A stretch of DNA of 64,000 nucleotides from positions 64,001-128,000 of the forward strand of contig JBKBRF010000002.1 of assembly GCA_046292385.1 (NCBI GenBank), given 5' to 3'. This DNA is from Armatimonadota bacterium. GTDB lineage: Bacteria > Armatimonadota > SYMT01. How positions within the stretch are numbered: position 1 is the stretch's first letter; every line of letters begins with the position of its first letter. The position numbers were made by a program, and so were the translations under genes. Below, one piece after another: positions 19,144 to 29,016 of the stretch. The notes beneath the pieces are model-generated. The model was not told the DNA's origin and ran no database searches. It saw only the letters and a list, made by a program, of their open reading frames with translations.

Positions 19144-20006
19144 AGCGGCTTGAAGCCGTCGGAAGTGACGCGGACGGGGCGATCTAGCAGGCGGGCATGG
19201 CTGCCGCATTCGAGCATGCGCATCGCGTCGCGCAGCGTCTCGGGGCTCCCAGCGGCGTCGGGGGGCAGCAGCACCAGCGCGTGGGTGTGCGGGGCCAGGG
19301 CGACCAGCTCCTGTCCCGGCTTCAGCAGCCCGGGGACCACCAGGAGGCGGGCCCCGTCGAACCCATCCTGCAACTGCACCGCCGAGACCTCGCCTGCCAG
19401 CGCGGCAGCGACCATCTCGCGCGGGAAACCCTTCCGCAGGTTCTCGAGGGCAGTCTGGTGGAGCTCTTCCGGGGTGAGGCCCAGATCGGTGAGATCCTGT
19501 CGAGCGAGAACGCACCACCCCTCGGGGATGCCGTGCATGTAAACCACGCTCAGTCCGAGATCCGGCAGCGGTCGGTGGAACGGATCCGCCTCGCGGGGGA
19601 ATTCCCGCAGCGCCTCCGGGCGCATGAGCTGCGGCCGCAGCCCCTGGGTGGCCTCTGCGGCGGAGATCGGCGCCGAGGCGGGGTCCATTAGCAGGGCAAT
19701 TGCCTGCTGGCAGAGCGCGGCGCGCGCGGCGGGGTCCCGGCCCAGGCCCGGCAGGCGCCCGACGGCGACGTAGAGATCCTCCATCTCCCACACGCGCTGC
19801 CTCCCATCCGGCATGCGGAGCAGCAGGTTGCCCTGCTCCTCGCCGAGCACCTCGACCTCCGGATGGCGCTCCTTCAGAAGCTTCGGCAGCTCCTCCCGCA
19901 CGGTGCGGCACATCGCCCGGAAACGGTTGTAGTGAGAGCGCGCCGCGAGAGCAAGGAGCAGCACGACACCGATGACAATCCAGAGCCAGGGCGGCAGAGC
20001 CGGCAT
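19134..20006 (-). CDS. Membrane-anchored hypothetical protein, DUF1444-like
   Basis: N-terminal TM helix; LRPQL, GLTPEELHQTALENL and DGFDGARLL resemble DUF1444/YtpQ. Confidence 0.65.
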   Translation of the reverse strand: MPALPPWLWIVIGVVLLLALAARSHYNRFRAMCRTVREELPKLLKERHPEVEVLGEEQGNLLLRMPDGRQRVWEMEDLYVAVGRLPGLGRDPAARAALCQQAIALLMDPASAPISAAEATQGLRPQLMRPEALREFPREADPFHRPLPDLGLSVVYMHGIPEGWCVLARQDLTDLGLTPEELHQTALENLRKGFPREMVAAALAGEVSAVQLQDGFDGARLLVVPGLLKPGQELVALAPHTHALVLLPPDAAGSPETLRDAMRMLECGSHARLLDRPVRVTSDGFKPLRT

Positions 20007-20083
20007 CTTCGCGCCTCGCGGGAGTCACTTTGGAGTCACTTTCTAAGCCTTTTCGACCGGGGCGGCCCGAAGCTCCTCTTCCG

Positions 20084-20440
20084 TCAGCGGAGATGACGCC
20101 AGTAGTAGACCCACCACAGCACGCCGCGGTAGCCCTCAAGGTAGAAGCCGGGCACGCGCTCCGCCAGCTCGTCTACCAGCGCCTCGGTCACGAAGTCGTC
20201 CAGATTCGGAAGCCCAGCGCCGCTAGCGAGTTGGCGTTTCACTACCTCGCCCGCCGCGTCCAGCACCCGCAGCGCCAGGTGGAAGGCCTCCCGGTACTCC
20301 TCCGGAGCGAAGCCGGGCACCCGGCGCCGGAGGGCGCGGCACGCCTTCTGCTCCGAGCCGTAGGAGCCGAAGTCGACGAACCGCCGCGCCACGTCCCAGG
20401 CGGTATCGAGCAGCGTCTCCCGCGAGGCAGGCACCGACAT
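20084..20440 (-). CDS. Hypothetical protein
   Basis: 118 aa ORF with protein-like composition, co-oriented with neighbours, internal RRVPGF/ERVPGF duplication. Confidence 0.6.
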   Translation of the reverse strand: MSVPASRETLLDTAWDVARRFVDFGSYGSEQKACRALRRRVPGFAPEEYREAFHLALRVLDAAGEVVKRQLASGAGLPNLDDFVTEALVDELAERVPGFYLEGYRGVLWWVYYWRHLR

Positions 20441-20492
20441 AGCTTATAGCTCCCGAAGCGGTAACGGCGGAACTGTTCCGGCGGCAGCCCGC

Positions 20493-22736
20493 CTAACGCG
20501 CCGTGCCGCTCATCGGGATGTTCACCATGGGGCGCTTCGCGTCATCGCTCTGGACCACCAGCCTGGCCCGGTGCTTGCCCCGCACGGTGGGCGCGAAGGT
20601 GACCGTCAACTGCAGCTTCCCCTGGGGGGCGAGGACGTGGGACCCCGGCGCAAGGGTGAACGGTCCTTCCGGAGCCTGGAACGACACCGTGAGCGGTCCG
20701 GCACCCGCATTTCGCAGCAGCACCTTCTGTACCGCACGCTTGCCGCGGCGAGTGGTGGGAAACTGGAGCCTGGACGGCTTCACCACCAGTTTGCCGCTCG
20801 CGCCGGCACGCACCCGGTCGGAGTAGGGCCCGGCGTTCCGCGCCGTCACCGCGCGGACCCGGTAGAACTCTCCGATCTTGAGACTCCAGTCCAGCGTCTC
20901 GACGGTGACCTGCTCCGTATTTGCGGGCACGGTCCGGACCGTAAAGAAGCCGCCGTGGTAGAAGGCCTTCTCCACCTCGAAAGCGGTCTCGTTGTCGCTG
21001 GTATCGGTCCACCGGAGCGTCACCATGTTCTTGCCGGCGGTGGCGGTGAGAGCTGCCGGCGCGGTGGGCAGCCGCTCCGGGAACGCGGTCACCTCGTTCG
21101 AGGGGTCGGTGGAGCCCGCCGGCAGGAGCGCACGGATGCGGTACGTGCAGAGCCGCTCGGTCGGCGCCTCCAGGTCGGAATACCCCGATTGGCCCGCCTC
21201 CACGGTGCCGATCTGGGAAAAGGGCCCATCCTGCGTGCGGCGCTCCACCACGAAGCCGGTCGCCTCCGTAGGGTTGCGGGTCCAGGCCAGATCGACCCGC
21301 GTGGCGCCCGCTACCGTAGAGCGGAGGTCATCCGGGGGCAGCGCCGAAGCACCGGTGGTGATCTGAACGGTGCAGCCGGTGGCGGTTTCCCCGACCACCC
21401 GCACGGAGAGTCCGTTTGCCCGGTCCACGAACAGCTCTCCCGGCACCCAGACCGTGCCCCCATCGCCGGCGAAGCCGTTGCCGTCGCCGTCCACCACCTG
21501 CGCCAGGCGGTCGGTCCCCTGCCGCGTCGGGTCGACCAGATGGATTACCACGCCTTCGCTCGGGAGCGTTTCGTCGTAACCGACTTTCTTCCGCGCCTCG
21601 ACCGTGTAGAAGCGCGGGGAGCCGCCGGGGAGCGGAATCTGCGCCATCAGGTAGGCGTCATTCGCCGCGGGCTGGTTCAACCGCTCCAGCTCGACCGTTT
21701 GCTGCACTCCTGCCGGCACCACCAGCTTTCGCTCGGCGGGGATCCACCCCAGCTGATCCTGGTGATAGCTGATGCCGCCGGTGCCGATGAGCCCGTACTC
21801 CCCTCCGGAGGGGATCTGCCCGCCGCTCATGTAGTCCCAGGGCGAGTCGTAGGTCGCCTCGTAAGGACCGGACGAGTGGAAGAGACCCAGATTGTGGCCG
21901 ATCTCGTGCACCGTGGAGCTTTGGTGGAACGTGGTGGTGTTGATGGTCGGCTCCATCCACGAGAGACCGTAACTCCGGGTCTCGCCATCCACCTCGACCG
22001 GCCTCGTCCCGACGGTCCCCAGGGCATAGGTCAGGGCCCCGGGGGTAACCGAAACGTTGCTGACGACCAGGATGCCGTCGTAAGCCGGGAAGTAGACGTC
22101 CGCATCGGCAGCGGCGACCGCATCCTGGATGATCTGGTCGAAGTCGAAGAGCTCCGGGGTGGCATAGTCGGTGCTCGGCCTCGGCAGCGTGTACCAGCCG
22201 AACACGTCCCCCGAGACGTGGAGCCGTCCGTCCGAGATCTCCCGGTAGAAGTGGCCGGCGCCCGGCTTCTCGTCACCCAGCAGCCGCTCGAAGTACTCCG
22301 TGGGCCGGGGGGTCACGCTCGCCTCGTCCGCATACCGGACCAGCAGGGTGGCATACCGCTTCTCGCCGGTGGCCGCGGCAGCCGCCCGCGGGGCCGCTCC
22401 CGGAACACGACGGAGAGTAGCGATGCGGAACCGGCGGCGCCCCACGCCGGGGAGGAGCTGACCGGTCACTTCCACGCGCTGTCCGGCGGCGGAGGTGAGC
22501 CCGTGCTGAGAAGCGAGCGCGGCGCCGGGCAGCAGCTCGATGCTGCCGCCTCGACCGTCGACCAGGGACAGGTGGATCCTGCAGCCGGCAGCGCTGCACT
22601 GCGAGGTCACCGCCAGCCAGCCGGAGAGCTGCTGCGAGGCGGAGGCGCGGCCCGCGAACGGCAGCGCCAGGACGAGGACGAGGAGCGCCGCAGCGTGCGG
22701 GAGCCGGCGCGCGGCAAGACGGAGTAAAGCCAACAT
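20493..22736 (-). CDS. Secreted M6/M11-like zinc metalloprotease with two FN3 domains and a C-terminal ASH/choice-of-anchor-D-like domain
   Basis: HEIGHNLGLFH zincin motif, WDYMS Met-turn, YTVEAR; FN3 motifs LAWT..GFVVER and LRWTDTSDNETAFEVE; LRNAGAGPLTV..VTFAP tail; start taken as ATG 22736. Confidence 0.82.
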   Translation of the reverse strand: MLALLRLAARRLPHAAALLVLVLALPFAGRASASQQLSGWLAVTSQCSAAGCRIHLSLVDGRGGSIELLPGAALASQHGLTSAAGQRVEVTGQLLPGVGRRRFRIATLRRVPGAAPRAAAAATGEKRYATLLVRYADEASVTPRPTEYFERLLGDEKPGAGHFYREISDGRLHVSGDVFGWYTLPRPSTDYATPELFDFDQIIQDAVAAADADVYFPAYDGILVVSNVSVTPGALTYALGTVGTRPVEVDGETRSYGLSWMEPTINTTTFHQSSTVHEIGHNLGLFHSSGPYEATYDSPWDYMSGGQIPSGGEYGLIGTGGISYHQDQLGWIPAERKLVVPAGVQQTVELERLNQPAANDAYLMAQIPLPGGSPRFYTVEARKKVGYDETLPSEGVVIHLVDPTRQGTDRLAQVVDGDGNGFAGDGGTVWVPGELFVDRANGLSVRVVGETATGCTVQITTGASALPPDDLRSTVAGATRVDLAWTRNPTEATGFVVERRTQDGPFSQIGTVEAGQSGYSDLEAPTERLCTYRIRALLPAGSTDPSNEVTAFPERLPTAPAALTATAGKNMVTLRWTDTSDNETAFEVEKAFYHGGFFTVRTVPANTEQVTVETLDWSLKIGEFYRVRAVTARNAGPYSDRVRAGASGKLVVKPSRLQFPTTRRGKRAVQKVLLRNAGAGPLTVSFQAPEGPFTLAPGSHVLAPQGKLQLTVTFAPTVRGKHRARLVVQSDDAKRPMVNIPMSGTAR

Positions 22737-22884
22737 TCGTGAAGCAGCCGGACGGCGCCCGGACAGAAGCCAGACGCACGGAGAGGAGGCGTGGGGAGCA
22801 GAGCCGCCTTTCGTTCGCACTTCCAGGGGCGTGCTCCTCCCGATCTGCGCTGGAGGAACCCGCAGGCCGGGCCGGGGTGCCGGC

Positions 22885-24153
22885 TCACCGCTTCAGGTAG
22901 AGCTGCACCCGGCCGGCGTCTTCCCGGCCCTCCGGGTCTCCCAGGCGTGCGCCCACCAGGATCCCGCTCGCGGCGCGCCCCGGCGCTCGGAGGCCGGCGA
23001 GCGTCATCCCGTAGAGATCACCGAGGGCGGGCACTTCCAGGAGCTGCAGCCGCTTCCCGGTGCGGCCGGAGAAGATCCAGACCCGCTCCGACTCTGCCTT
23101 CACCGGGACGGTGCCCTGGATGCCGCCGACTACCACCTCCGGCACCCGGTCGCCGTCCAGCGGTACGCAGGCGACGGTCTGGCCCATGTGGTTGCCGACC
23201 GCGTGGCCGTCGAAGCGCCGGATCAGGGCGCCGGTGCGGCCGGAGTGGACGAAGACGCTTCCTGCATCCGTGCGGCCTTCCGGGTCGGCCAGCGGGGAGG
23301 AGATCACCGCGTCGGCGCGGCGGTCCCGGTCGAAGTCCGCCAGCGCCACTCCCGACGCGAAGTGCTGCAGCGGCGAGGCGGCGTCGAAGCGCCGGATCAG
23401 GCTTCCGTCACGACCGGAGAAGAGGTAGCCGCTCCCTCCGTCGGGACCGGCTTCCGGGTCGGCCAGCGGCGCGCCCACCAGAATGTCGGCGCGGCCGTCG
23501 CGATCGGTGTCCGCGGCTGCTACGGCGTGTCCGAACTGCTCTCCCGACTCCGAGCCGTCGATCCGGAGCAGGCGAGAGCCGTCCCGGCCGGAGAAGACGA
23601 GGACGCTCCCGGTGCCGTCCTCCGCCACGCCGACGTTCGGCGCGCCGGTGACGATGTCCGGAAAGCGGTCGCCGTTCACGTCCGCGCAGGCGAGCGAGTA
23701 CCCCATCTGAAAGGTGCCCGGCTGCCGCTCGAGCTGGTGCAGGAGCCGGAAGTCCCGCCCGGAGTAGACGAAGACCCGGCCCTGGTTCGGAGCGCCGACG
23801 AGCACGTCGTCCCGGCCGTCGCGGTTCACGTCGCTGCAGAACACGGAGTACCCGAAGACGCCGTAAGGCACCAGTCCGTCGAGCCGGCGGACGAGCCGGC
23901 CGGTGCGGCCCGAGTAGACGTAGACGCTGCCGGCATCCGTGACCCCGTCCGGATCGGTGTCGCGAGCCCCGACGATGATCTCCGGACGGCCGTCGCGGTC
24001 GAGGTCGCCCGACGCCAGGCTGACGCCGAACTGATCGCCGGCGGTCTCTCCGGAGAGCGCCGGGCGCTCCCGCAGGAGCGGGCGGCGAGCGGCGGAGCTA
24101 TCGGAGAGAGCGAGCAGGCTGACGAGGAGGCCGGTGGCGAGAGCGATCCGCAT
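22885..24153 (-). CDS. Secreted FG-GAP (integrin-alpha-like) beta-propeller protein
   Basis: About seven repeats of FG.S...D.DRDG..D..VGA....G.V.V.SGR.G; signal peptide from ATG 24153. Confidence 0.88.
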   Translation of the reverse strand: MRIALATGLLVSLLALSDSSAARRPLLRERPALSGETAGDQFGVSLASGDLDRDGRPEIIVGARDTDPDGVTDAGSVYVYSGRTGRLVRRLDGLVPYGVFGYSVFCSDVNRDGRDDVLVGAPNQGRVFVYSGRDFRLLHQLERQPGTFQMGYSLACADVNGDRFPDIVTGAPNVGVAEDGTGSVLVFSGRDGSRLLRIDGSESGEQFGHAVAAADTDRDGRADILVGAPLADPEAGPDGGSGYLFSGRDGSLIRRFDAASPLQHFASGVALADFDRDRRADAVISSPLADPEGRTDAGSVFVHSGRTGALIRRFDGHAVGNHMGQTVACVPLDGDRVPEVVVGGIQGTVPVKAESERVWIFSGRTGKRLQLLEVPALGDLYGMTLAGLRAPGRAASGILVGARLGDPEGREDAGRVQLYLKR

Positions 24154-24282
24154 GGGGAGGGTCCTGGAACGGCAAGTGCAGTTTCTTACGATGTTCCGCC
24201 GTAAGGTCGCTTGCTCCTTCCCGAAACACCGAAGAGCGCCCACCCCACTCCCGCGAGTGGGCTCCGGGGCCGGCTTCTGAAC

Positions 24283-25806
24283 CTACAACTGCCGGTCGAG
24301 GCTGCGGTACTGGATCGCTTCCGCTACGTGGGGGACGCCGATCGTCTCCGAGCCGGCCAGGTCCGCGATGGTGCGGGAGAGCTTGAGGATGCGGTCGTAG
24401 GCCCGGGCGGAGAGGCCGAGGCGGGTGATGGCGGCGCGGAGCAGCTCTTCCGCTCCGCTCTCCGCGCGGCAGAAGCTCTTGAGCTGGCGGCTGGTCATCG
24501 CGGCGTTGCAGTAGACCCCGGTCCCCGAGAAGCGCGCCTGCTGCAGCTCCCGGGCGCGGGTCACCCGCTCCCGGATCGCCTTGCTCGGCTCGCCCTGGCC
24601 GGGGGAGAGCAGCTCGTCCTGCTTCAGGCGGGGGACCTCGACGTGGATGTCGATGCGGTCGAGGAGCGGACCGCTGATCCGGCCCATGTAGCGGCTGATC
24701 TGGACCTCCGTGCAGGAGCACTCCCGGATCGAGTCCCCCCGATAGCCGCAGGGGCACGGATTGGCCGCCGCGACGAAGATGCAGCGCGCGGGATAGGAGA
24801 GCGAGGCGGCGGCACGGGCGATGGTGACGTGCCCCTCTTCCAGCGGCTGGCGCAGCACTTCCAAAACGGTCCGCTGGAACTCCGGCAGCTCGTCCAGGAA
24901 GAGCACCCCGTGGTGGGCCAGGCTGATCTCCCCCGGCTTCGGGACGCTGCCGCCGCCGATCAGGCCGGCGTCGCTCACCGTGTGGTGCGGGGAGCGGTAC
25001 GGCCGCTGCGTCACCAGCGCCCGCTCCCGGCCGAGCTGACCGGTGACGCTGTAGAGCTTGGTGACTTCGAGCGCCTCCTCGAACGCGAGCGGCGGGAGGA
25101 GGGTCGCCAGCCGGCGCGCGAGCATCGTCTTGCCGCTGCCGGGCGGACCGATCATCAGGACGTTGTGCCCGCCCGCCGCCGCCACTTCGAGCGCGCGCTT
25201 CACGTGCTCCTGGCCGCGGACGTCGCCCATGTCGATGTCCCACTTCGGGTCTTCCAGCGTGGCGGAGAGGTCCTCCGGCGTCATCGGCCGGCCCTCGCCC
25301 GCCAGCGCCGCCGCCGCCTCGCGGATGGTGCTGACCGGGTAGACCTCCAGCCCACGGACCACCGCCGCCTCCCGCGCGTTCTCCGCCGGCAGGATGATCC
25401 CGCGCTTGCCCGCGTCCCGCGCCGCCAGCGCCATCGGCAGCACGCCCGCCACCGGCCGGAGCGTCCCCTCCAGCGAGAGCTCCCCCGTGAGCAGGAACTC
25501 CGCCAGCGGCTCCGCGGGGATCTGCCCGCTGCCGGCGAGGATGGCGACCGCGATCGGGAGGTCGAAGGCGGGGCCTTCCTTGCGGATGTCGGCCGGCGCC
25601 AGGTTCACCAGCACGCGGGTGCCGGGCATCTTGTAGCGCTGGCTCCGCAGCGCCACCGCCACCCGCTCCGCGCTCTCCTTCACGGCGGCGTCCGGAAGCC
25701 CCACCACCACGAACTTCGACATTCCCCCGCGGGCGACGTCGACCTCCACCTCGACCAGGTAGGCGTCGACGCCCAGGACGGCACTGGAGTAGGCGGTGGA
25801 GAGCAT
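24283..25806 (-). CDS. comM: YifB/ComM Mg-chelatase-like AAA+ ATPase
   Basis: VGLPDAAVKES, VNLAPADIRKEG, GPPGSGKT, SLAHHGVLFLDELPEF, ANPCPCG, SGPLLDRID, LSARAYDRILK. Confidence 0.95.
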   Translation of the reverse strand: MLSTAYSSAVLGVDAYLVEVEVDVARGGMSKFVVVGLPDAAVKESAERVAVALRSQRYKMPGTRVLVNLAPADIRKEGPAFDLPIAVAILAGSGQIPAEPLAEFLLTGELSLEGTLRPVAGVLPMALAARDAGKRGIILPAENAREAAVVRGLEVYPVSTIREAAAALAGEGRPMTPEDLSATLEDPKWDIDMGDVRGQEHVKRALEVAAAGGHNVLMIGPPGSGKTMLARRLATLLPPLAFEEALEVTKLYSVTGQLGRERALVTQRPYRSPHHTVSDAGLIGGGSVPKPGEISLAHHGVLFLDELPEFQRTVLEVLRQPLEEGHVTIARAAASLSYPARCIFVAAANPCPCGYRGDSIRECSCTEVQISRYMGRISGPLLDRIDIHVEVPRLKQDELLSPGQGEPSKAIRERVTRARELQQARFSGTGVYCNAAMTSRQLKSFCRAESGAEELLRAAITRLGLSARAYDRILKLSRTIADLAGSETIGVPHVAEAIQYRSLDRQL

Positions 25807-26115
25807 GCGGAGAATTCGACGGTAGAGCGGCAGGCAGGCGAGGACCCGTTCCCCGGGACGGCGAGGGGTTCCTGCGTCAAGACCTTGGGTTGCCAGCCGG
25901 GAAAGGTGGCGGGGCTCCGTGCAGCGAGCGGCGCGATGCTCCGGGTCCCGGAGCAAGTTGCGGAGCCTGCCTGTCGATTGCTCATCCGGACGCTATCATA
26001 AAAGCTGGCTCTCCCCCGATGTGGGAGTGTGCTTTATCCTCCGACGACATTTATCTGCCGCGTGACTCACTTCTGCGTCGTGGCGTCGGGATGTTTCTAG
26101 AGCAAAGGAGCGGCT

Positions 26116-26772
26116 ATGAGCCGAATTGGATGGGTCGCCGTGGCGGCGACGATCGCCCTGGTGGGGGTCGGCGTACGGGTCGCCGGCGCCGTCGATCATG
26201 AGAACGAGCAGGGCTTCAAGGTGATCTTCGACGGCAAGTCGCTGGACGGCTGGAAGATCGCGGAGAACCCCAGCAGCTTCAAGCTGCAGGACGGTGCCCT
26301 CGTGGCGCACGGGCCGCGGGCGCACGCCTTCTACGTGGGCGACGAGAAGCCGTTCCGGAACTTCGAGCTGAAGGCCGACGTGATGACCAGGAAGAACGCC
26401 AACGGCGGCATCTTCTTCCACACCAAGTACCAGGACCGGGATTGGCCGAACCAGGGCTTCGAGGCGCAGGTCAACAACACCTTCCAGCCGGACCCGCGCA
26501 AGACGGGCAGCCTCTACAACGTGAAGGACGTGCTGAACACCTCGCCGGTGGGGGATGACGTCTGGTTCACGGAGCACGTCATCGTGCAGGGGCCGAAGGT
26601 CACCATCAAGGTCGAGGGCAAGACCGTGGTGGAGTGGACCGATCCCGAGGGCACCGCTCCCGGCCAGGGCCTGAAGAACCGCGTGGGCGAAGGAACCTTT
26701 GCGCTGCAGGCGCACGATCCGGAGAGCGTGGTCTTCTACAAGAACATCCGCGTGAAGCGGCTGCCGAATTGA
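26116..26772 (+). CDS. Secreted DUF1080 (3-keto-disaccharide hydrolase) protein
   Basis: FDGKSLDGW, NFELK, ANGGIFF, KTGSLY, ALQAHDP, YKNIRVK; AAGGAG RBS; signal peptide. Confidence 0.9.
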   Translation: MSRIGWVAVAATIALVGVGVRVAGAVDHENEQGFKVIFDGKSLDGWKIAENPSSFKLQDGALVAHGPRAHAFYVGDEKPFRNFELKADVMTRKNANGGIFFHTKYQDRDWPNQGFEAQVNNTFQPDPRKTGSLYNVKDVLNTSPVGDDVWFTEHVIVQGPKVTIKVEGKTVVEWTDPEGTAPGQGLKNRVGEGTFALQAHDPESVVFYKNIRVKRLPN

Positions 26773-26822
26773 TCGGCTCCCAGAGCCGCCCCACCCGCGG
26801 GTGGCGACTAGCCTGATACCGA

Positions 26823-26856
26823 AAGGGGCCCGCCGAAGATTCGGCGGGCCCTCTTC
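26823..26856 (+). terminator. Intrinsic terminator-like hairpin between convergent genes
   Basis: GGGCCCGCCGAA-GA-TTCGGCGGGCCC followed by TCTT and preceded by AAAG. Confidence 0.7.
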
Positions 26857-26948
26857 GCGAGAGTTGGGGAGATCTCAAGAGTACGTGTGAGTCGGCGCTG
26901 CCGATGCTGGGCGGGCTCTCGGGCCGGAGTTCGAGGAGCAGCGCGGGA

Positions 26949-27383
26949 TCAACTCTCCCGCACGCCAACCGCTTGGAGGAACTGCTCCCACGCCTCTTCC
27001 GTCAGCGCCCCTTTCGAGAAGTGGGTTGGCGAGGTGCGGTCCACTGCTACCAGAGCGCTGGGTTCTTGCGGCCAGGCATATCCATAGCCGGTACTTCGGA
27101 GCAATCTCCACGCTGCCCGCTCGGCATCCATTCCAGCTGCAAGCTCCTCGTGCCACCGGAGCAGTGCTTCCGGGACGAGCTCTCTGGATTCGGTGGTAAC
27201 GTAGAAGAGCGTCGTCCCTTCGGAGAGTTCCGACCTGACCACGCGCACTTCCGCATCGGCAACGAGCTGCGCCCTCTCGGCCCAGCGGTCGTACGCCGCG
27301 CTCGCGTCTTCGGCGGAGAGACAGACATCAAGAATGTAGGTCCCGCGAGCGCGATCGAGTTCTTCCATCTGAATCACCCTCAT
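26949..27383 (-). CDS. Hypothetical protein
   Basis: 144 aa ORF with balanced composition downstream of tipA; no recognisable motif. Confidence 0.5.
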   Translation of the reverse strand: MRVIQMEELDRARGTYILDVCLSAEDASAAYDRWAERAQLVADAEVRVVRSELSEGTTLFYVTTESRELVPEALLRWHEELAAGMDAERAAWRLLRSTGYGYAWPQEPSALVAVDRTSPTHFSKGALTEEAWEQFLQAVGVRES

Positions 27384-27421
27384 TCGAGCCCGCCGGAGGG
27401 CGCCCTCCGGCGGGCTCGGGC

Positions 27422-28183
27422 TCAGGCGTCAGGGCTCTGGTCGTTCAGGGCGGCCAGCGCCTTGCCGATATACTCGGCGACTTCCGGCTCGTAGGCGGTC
27501 TGGTGCTGGGCCGCGATCTGCTCGCCCTGCTCCGCCCAGAGACGGTTCAGCGATTCCCGGATGCCGGGGTCGCCGCCGGTGAACTCCTCGATCAGGGCGT
27601 TCCACCTCCGCGCCAGCGCCAGCGCTTCGGGCGCGGTTGGGTCGGTGCCTTTCGCCATCTCCGCCTTCACGTCGGCGGTCAGGTCGGCCCAGTCCTGCGG
27701 GGCCTGCCGCATCCGCTCCTCGCCGGCTGCCTGCCGGCGCTGCTCCAGGTACGCCAGCTGCTCCGGCGTGTAGTAGCTCTCCACCATCGTCATCTCCTTG
27801 ATCGTGCGGAGCAGCTCGTCCGTGGGGACCTTCTCCTCCGCGTGGAAGTGCGCCGCCAGCGCCTCCAGGCGCTCGCAGAGCCCGCGCTGCCGCTCCATCT
27901 GCTCCCGCAGGCGAGTGACGTGGAGCCGGATCACCTCCACGGGTAGGTAGCGCCGGTGGTGCAGGCAGTCCCGGATCTCCTCCAGGGAGAGGCCGAGCCC
28001 CCGCAGGGAGAGCACCTGCTGCAGCCGCGCCACGTCGTCCGGGGTGTACAGCCGGTACCCCGCCTCCGTGTGCCGCGACGGCTTCAGCAGGCCGATCTCG
28101 TCGTAGTGGTGCAGCGTCCGGATCGTCAGGCCGGTCCGCCGCGCCAGCTCCCCCACCTGCAGCGCCCCGCTCGCTTCGCTCAT
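27422..28183 (-). CDS. MerR-family regulator with TipAS antibiotic-recognition domain (TipA/Mta-like)
   Basis: VGELARRTGLTIRTLHHYDEIGLLKP, GYRLY, YYTPEQL, ALARRW..LIEEFTGGDPGI; GGAG RBS before ATG 28183. Confidence 0.92.
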   Translation of the reverse strand: MSEASGALQVGELARRTGLTIRTLHHYDEIGLLKPSRHTEAGYRLYTPDDVARLQQVLSLRGLGLSLEEIRDCLHHRRYLPVEVIRLHVTRLREQMERQRGLCERLEALAAHFHAEEKVPTDELLRTIKEMTMVESYYTPEQLAYLEQRRQAAGEERMRQAPQDWADLTADVKAEMAKGTDPTAPEALALARRWNALIEEFTGGDPGIRESLNRLWAEQGEQIAAQHQTAYEPEVAEYIGKALAALNDQSPDA

Positions 28184-28222
28184 CCCGGCTCCTCCGCCCG
28201 CGGGACCGCGGGCTACGGAGAG

Positions 28223-28253
28223 ACGATAAAGCCTCACGTTACGTAAGGCTCAA
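28223..28253 (-). promoter_or_regulatory. MerR-type promoter: -35 TTGAGC, 19 bp spacer, -10 TATCGT, with operator dyad
   Basis: Minus strand reads TTGAGC-cttacgtaacgtgaggctt-TATCGT; dyad AGCCTCACGTTACGTAAGGCT at 28230-28250; a 19 bp spacer is the MerR hallmark. Confidence 0.85.
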
Positions 28254-28340
28254 GGGGCATTTTGCCCCGGGCCGCCGCCCTTTCGCCACCGGCGGAACGT
28301 CTCCCGGCTGGGCGTGCGGCCTGGACAGCCTCGCGGCGCG

Positions 28341-28727
28341 CTAATGCTGCTGCGCGATCTGGATGAGGTTGCCGCAGGTGTCGTCGAACACGGCGGTGGT
28401 GACCGGTCCCATGTTCACCGGCGGCTGGGTGAACTGCACGCCGGCGGACCGGAGGCGGTCGTACTCCGCCTGCACGTCCCCCACGCCGAACGAGGTGTAC
28501 GGAATGCCGTCCTGCACCAGCGCCTTCTTGAAGACCCCTGCCGCGGGATGAGCATCCGGCTCCAGCACCAGCTCCGTGCCGTCCTCATGACCGGGCGAGA
28601 CCAGGGTCAACCACCGGTACTCCCCCATCGGGATGTCGTGCTTCTTCACGAACCCGAGAAGGTCCGTGTAGAAGCGCAGCGCCTTTTCCTGGTCGTCCAC
28701 GAGGACGCTCGTCACGACGATCTTCAT
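28341..28727 (-). CDS. VOC/glyoxalase family protein
   Basis: SVLVDDQEKALRFYTDLLGF, RWLTLVSP, FDDTCGNLIQI. Confidence 0.92.
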   Translation of the reverse strand: MKIVVTSVLVDDQEKALRFYTDLLGFVKKHDIPMGEYRWLTLVSPGHEDGTELVLEPDAHPAAGVFKKALVQDGIPYTSFGVGDVQAEYDRLRSAGVQFTQPPVNMGPVTTAVFDDTCGNLIQIAQQH

Positions 28728-29011
28728 TCCTTGCCTCCGTCTTTGGGATCGAGCCAGCGCCTGGCGATGGCTTCCAACGGTGCCGTGTCGAGATAGTGGT
28801 ACTTGTACCGCCCCTCGCGCCGGGTGGTAAGCAGCCCGGCAGCTTCCAGTACGTCGAGGTGCTGGGAGATCGCCTGCCGGGTCAGCGTGATGCCATGCTG
28901 CATCGCCAGGCGCGCGCAGATCTCGAACAACGTCTGGCCGTCCCGCTCCCGCAGGGCGTCCAGGATCGCACGCCTCGCCGGCGCGGACAGGGCTTCGAAC
29001 ACGTCAGCCAT
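28724..29011 (-). CDS. ArsR/SmtB-family regulator
   Basis: DVFEALSAPARRAILD, TRQAISQHLDVLEAAGL, REGRYK; ATGA overlap with the VOC gene. Confidence 0.9.
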   Translation of the reverse strand: MADVFEALSAPARRAILDALRERDGQTLFEICARLAMQHGITLTRQAISQHLDVLEAAGLLTTRREGRYKYHYLDTAPLEAIARRWLDPKDGGKE

Positions 29012-29016
29012 AGCCA

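Noticed and set aside
19134..25806. Genomic island integrated at comM
   Set aside because: comM looks intact, and no integrase or duplicated att sequence was seen.
25990..26115. Structured 5' leader upstream of the DUF1080 gene
   Set aside because: Weak hairpins only, with no match to any RNA family I can recognise.
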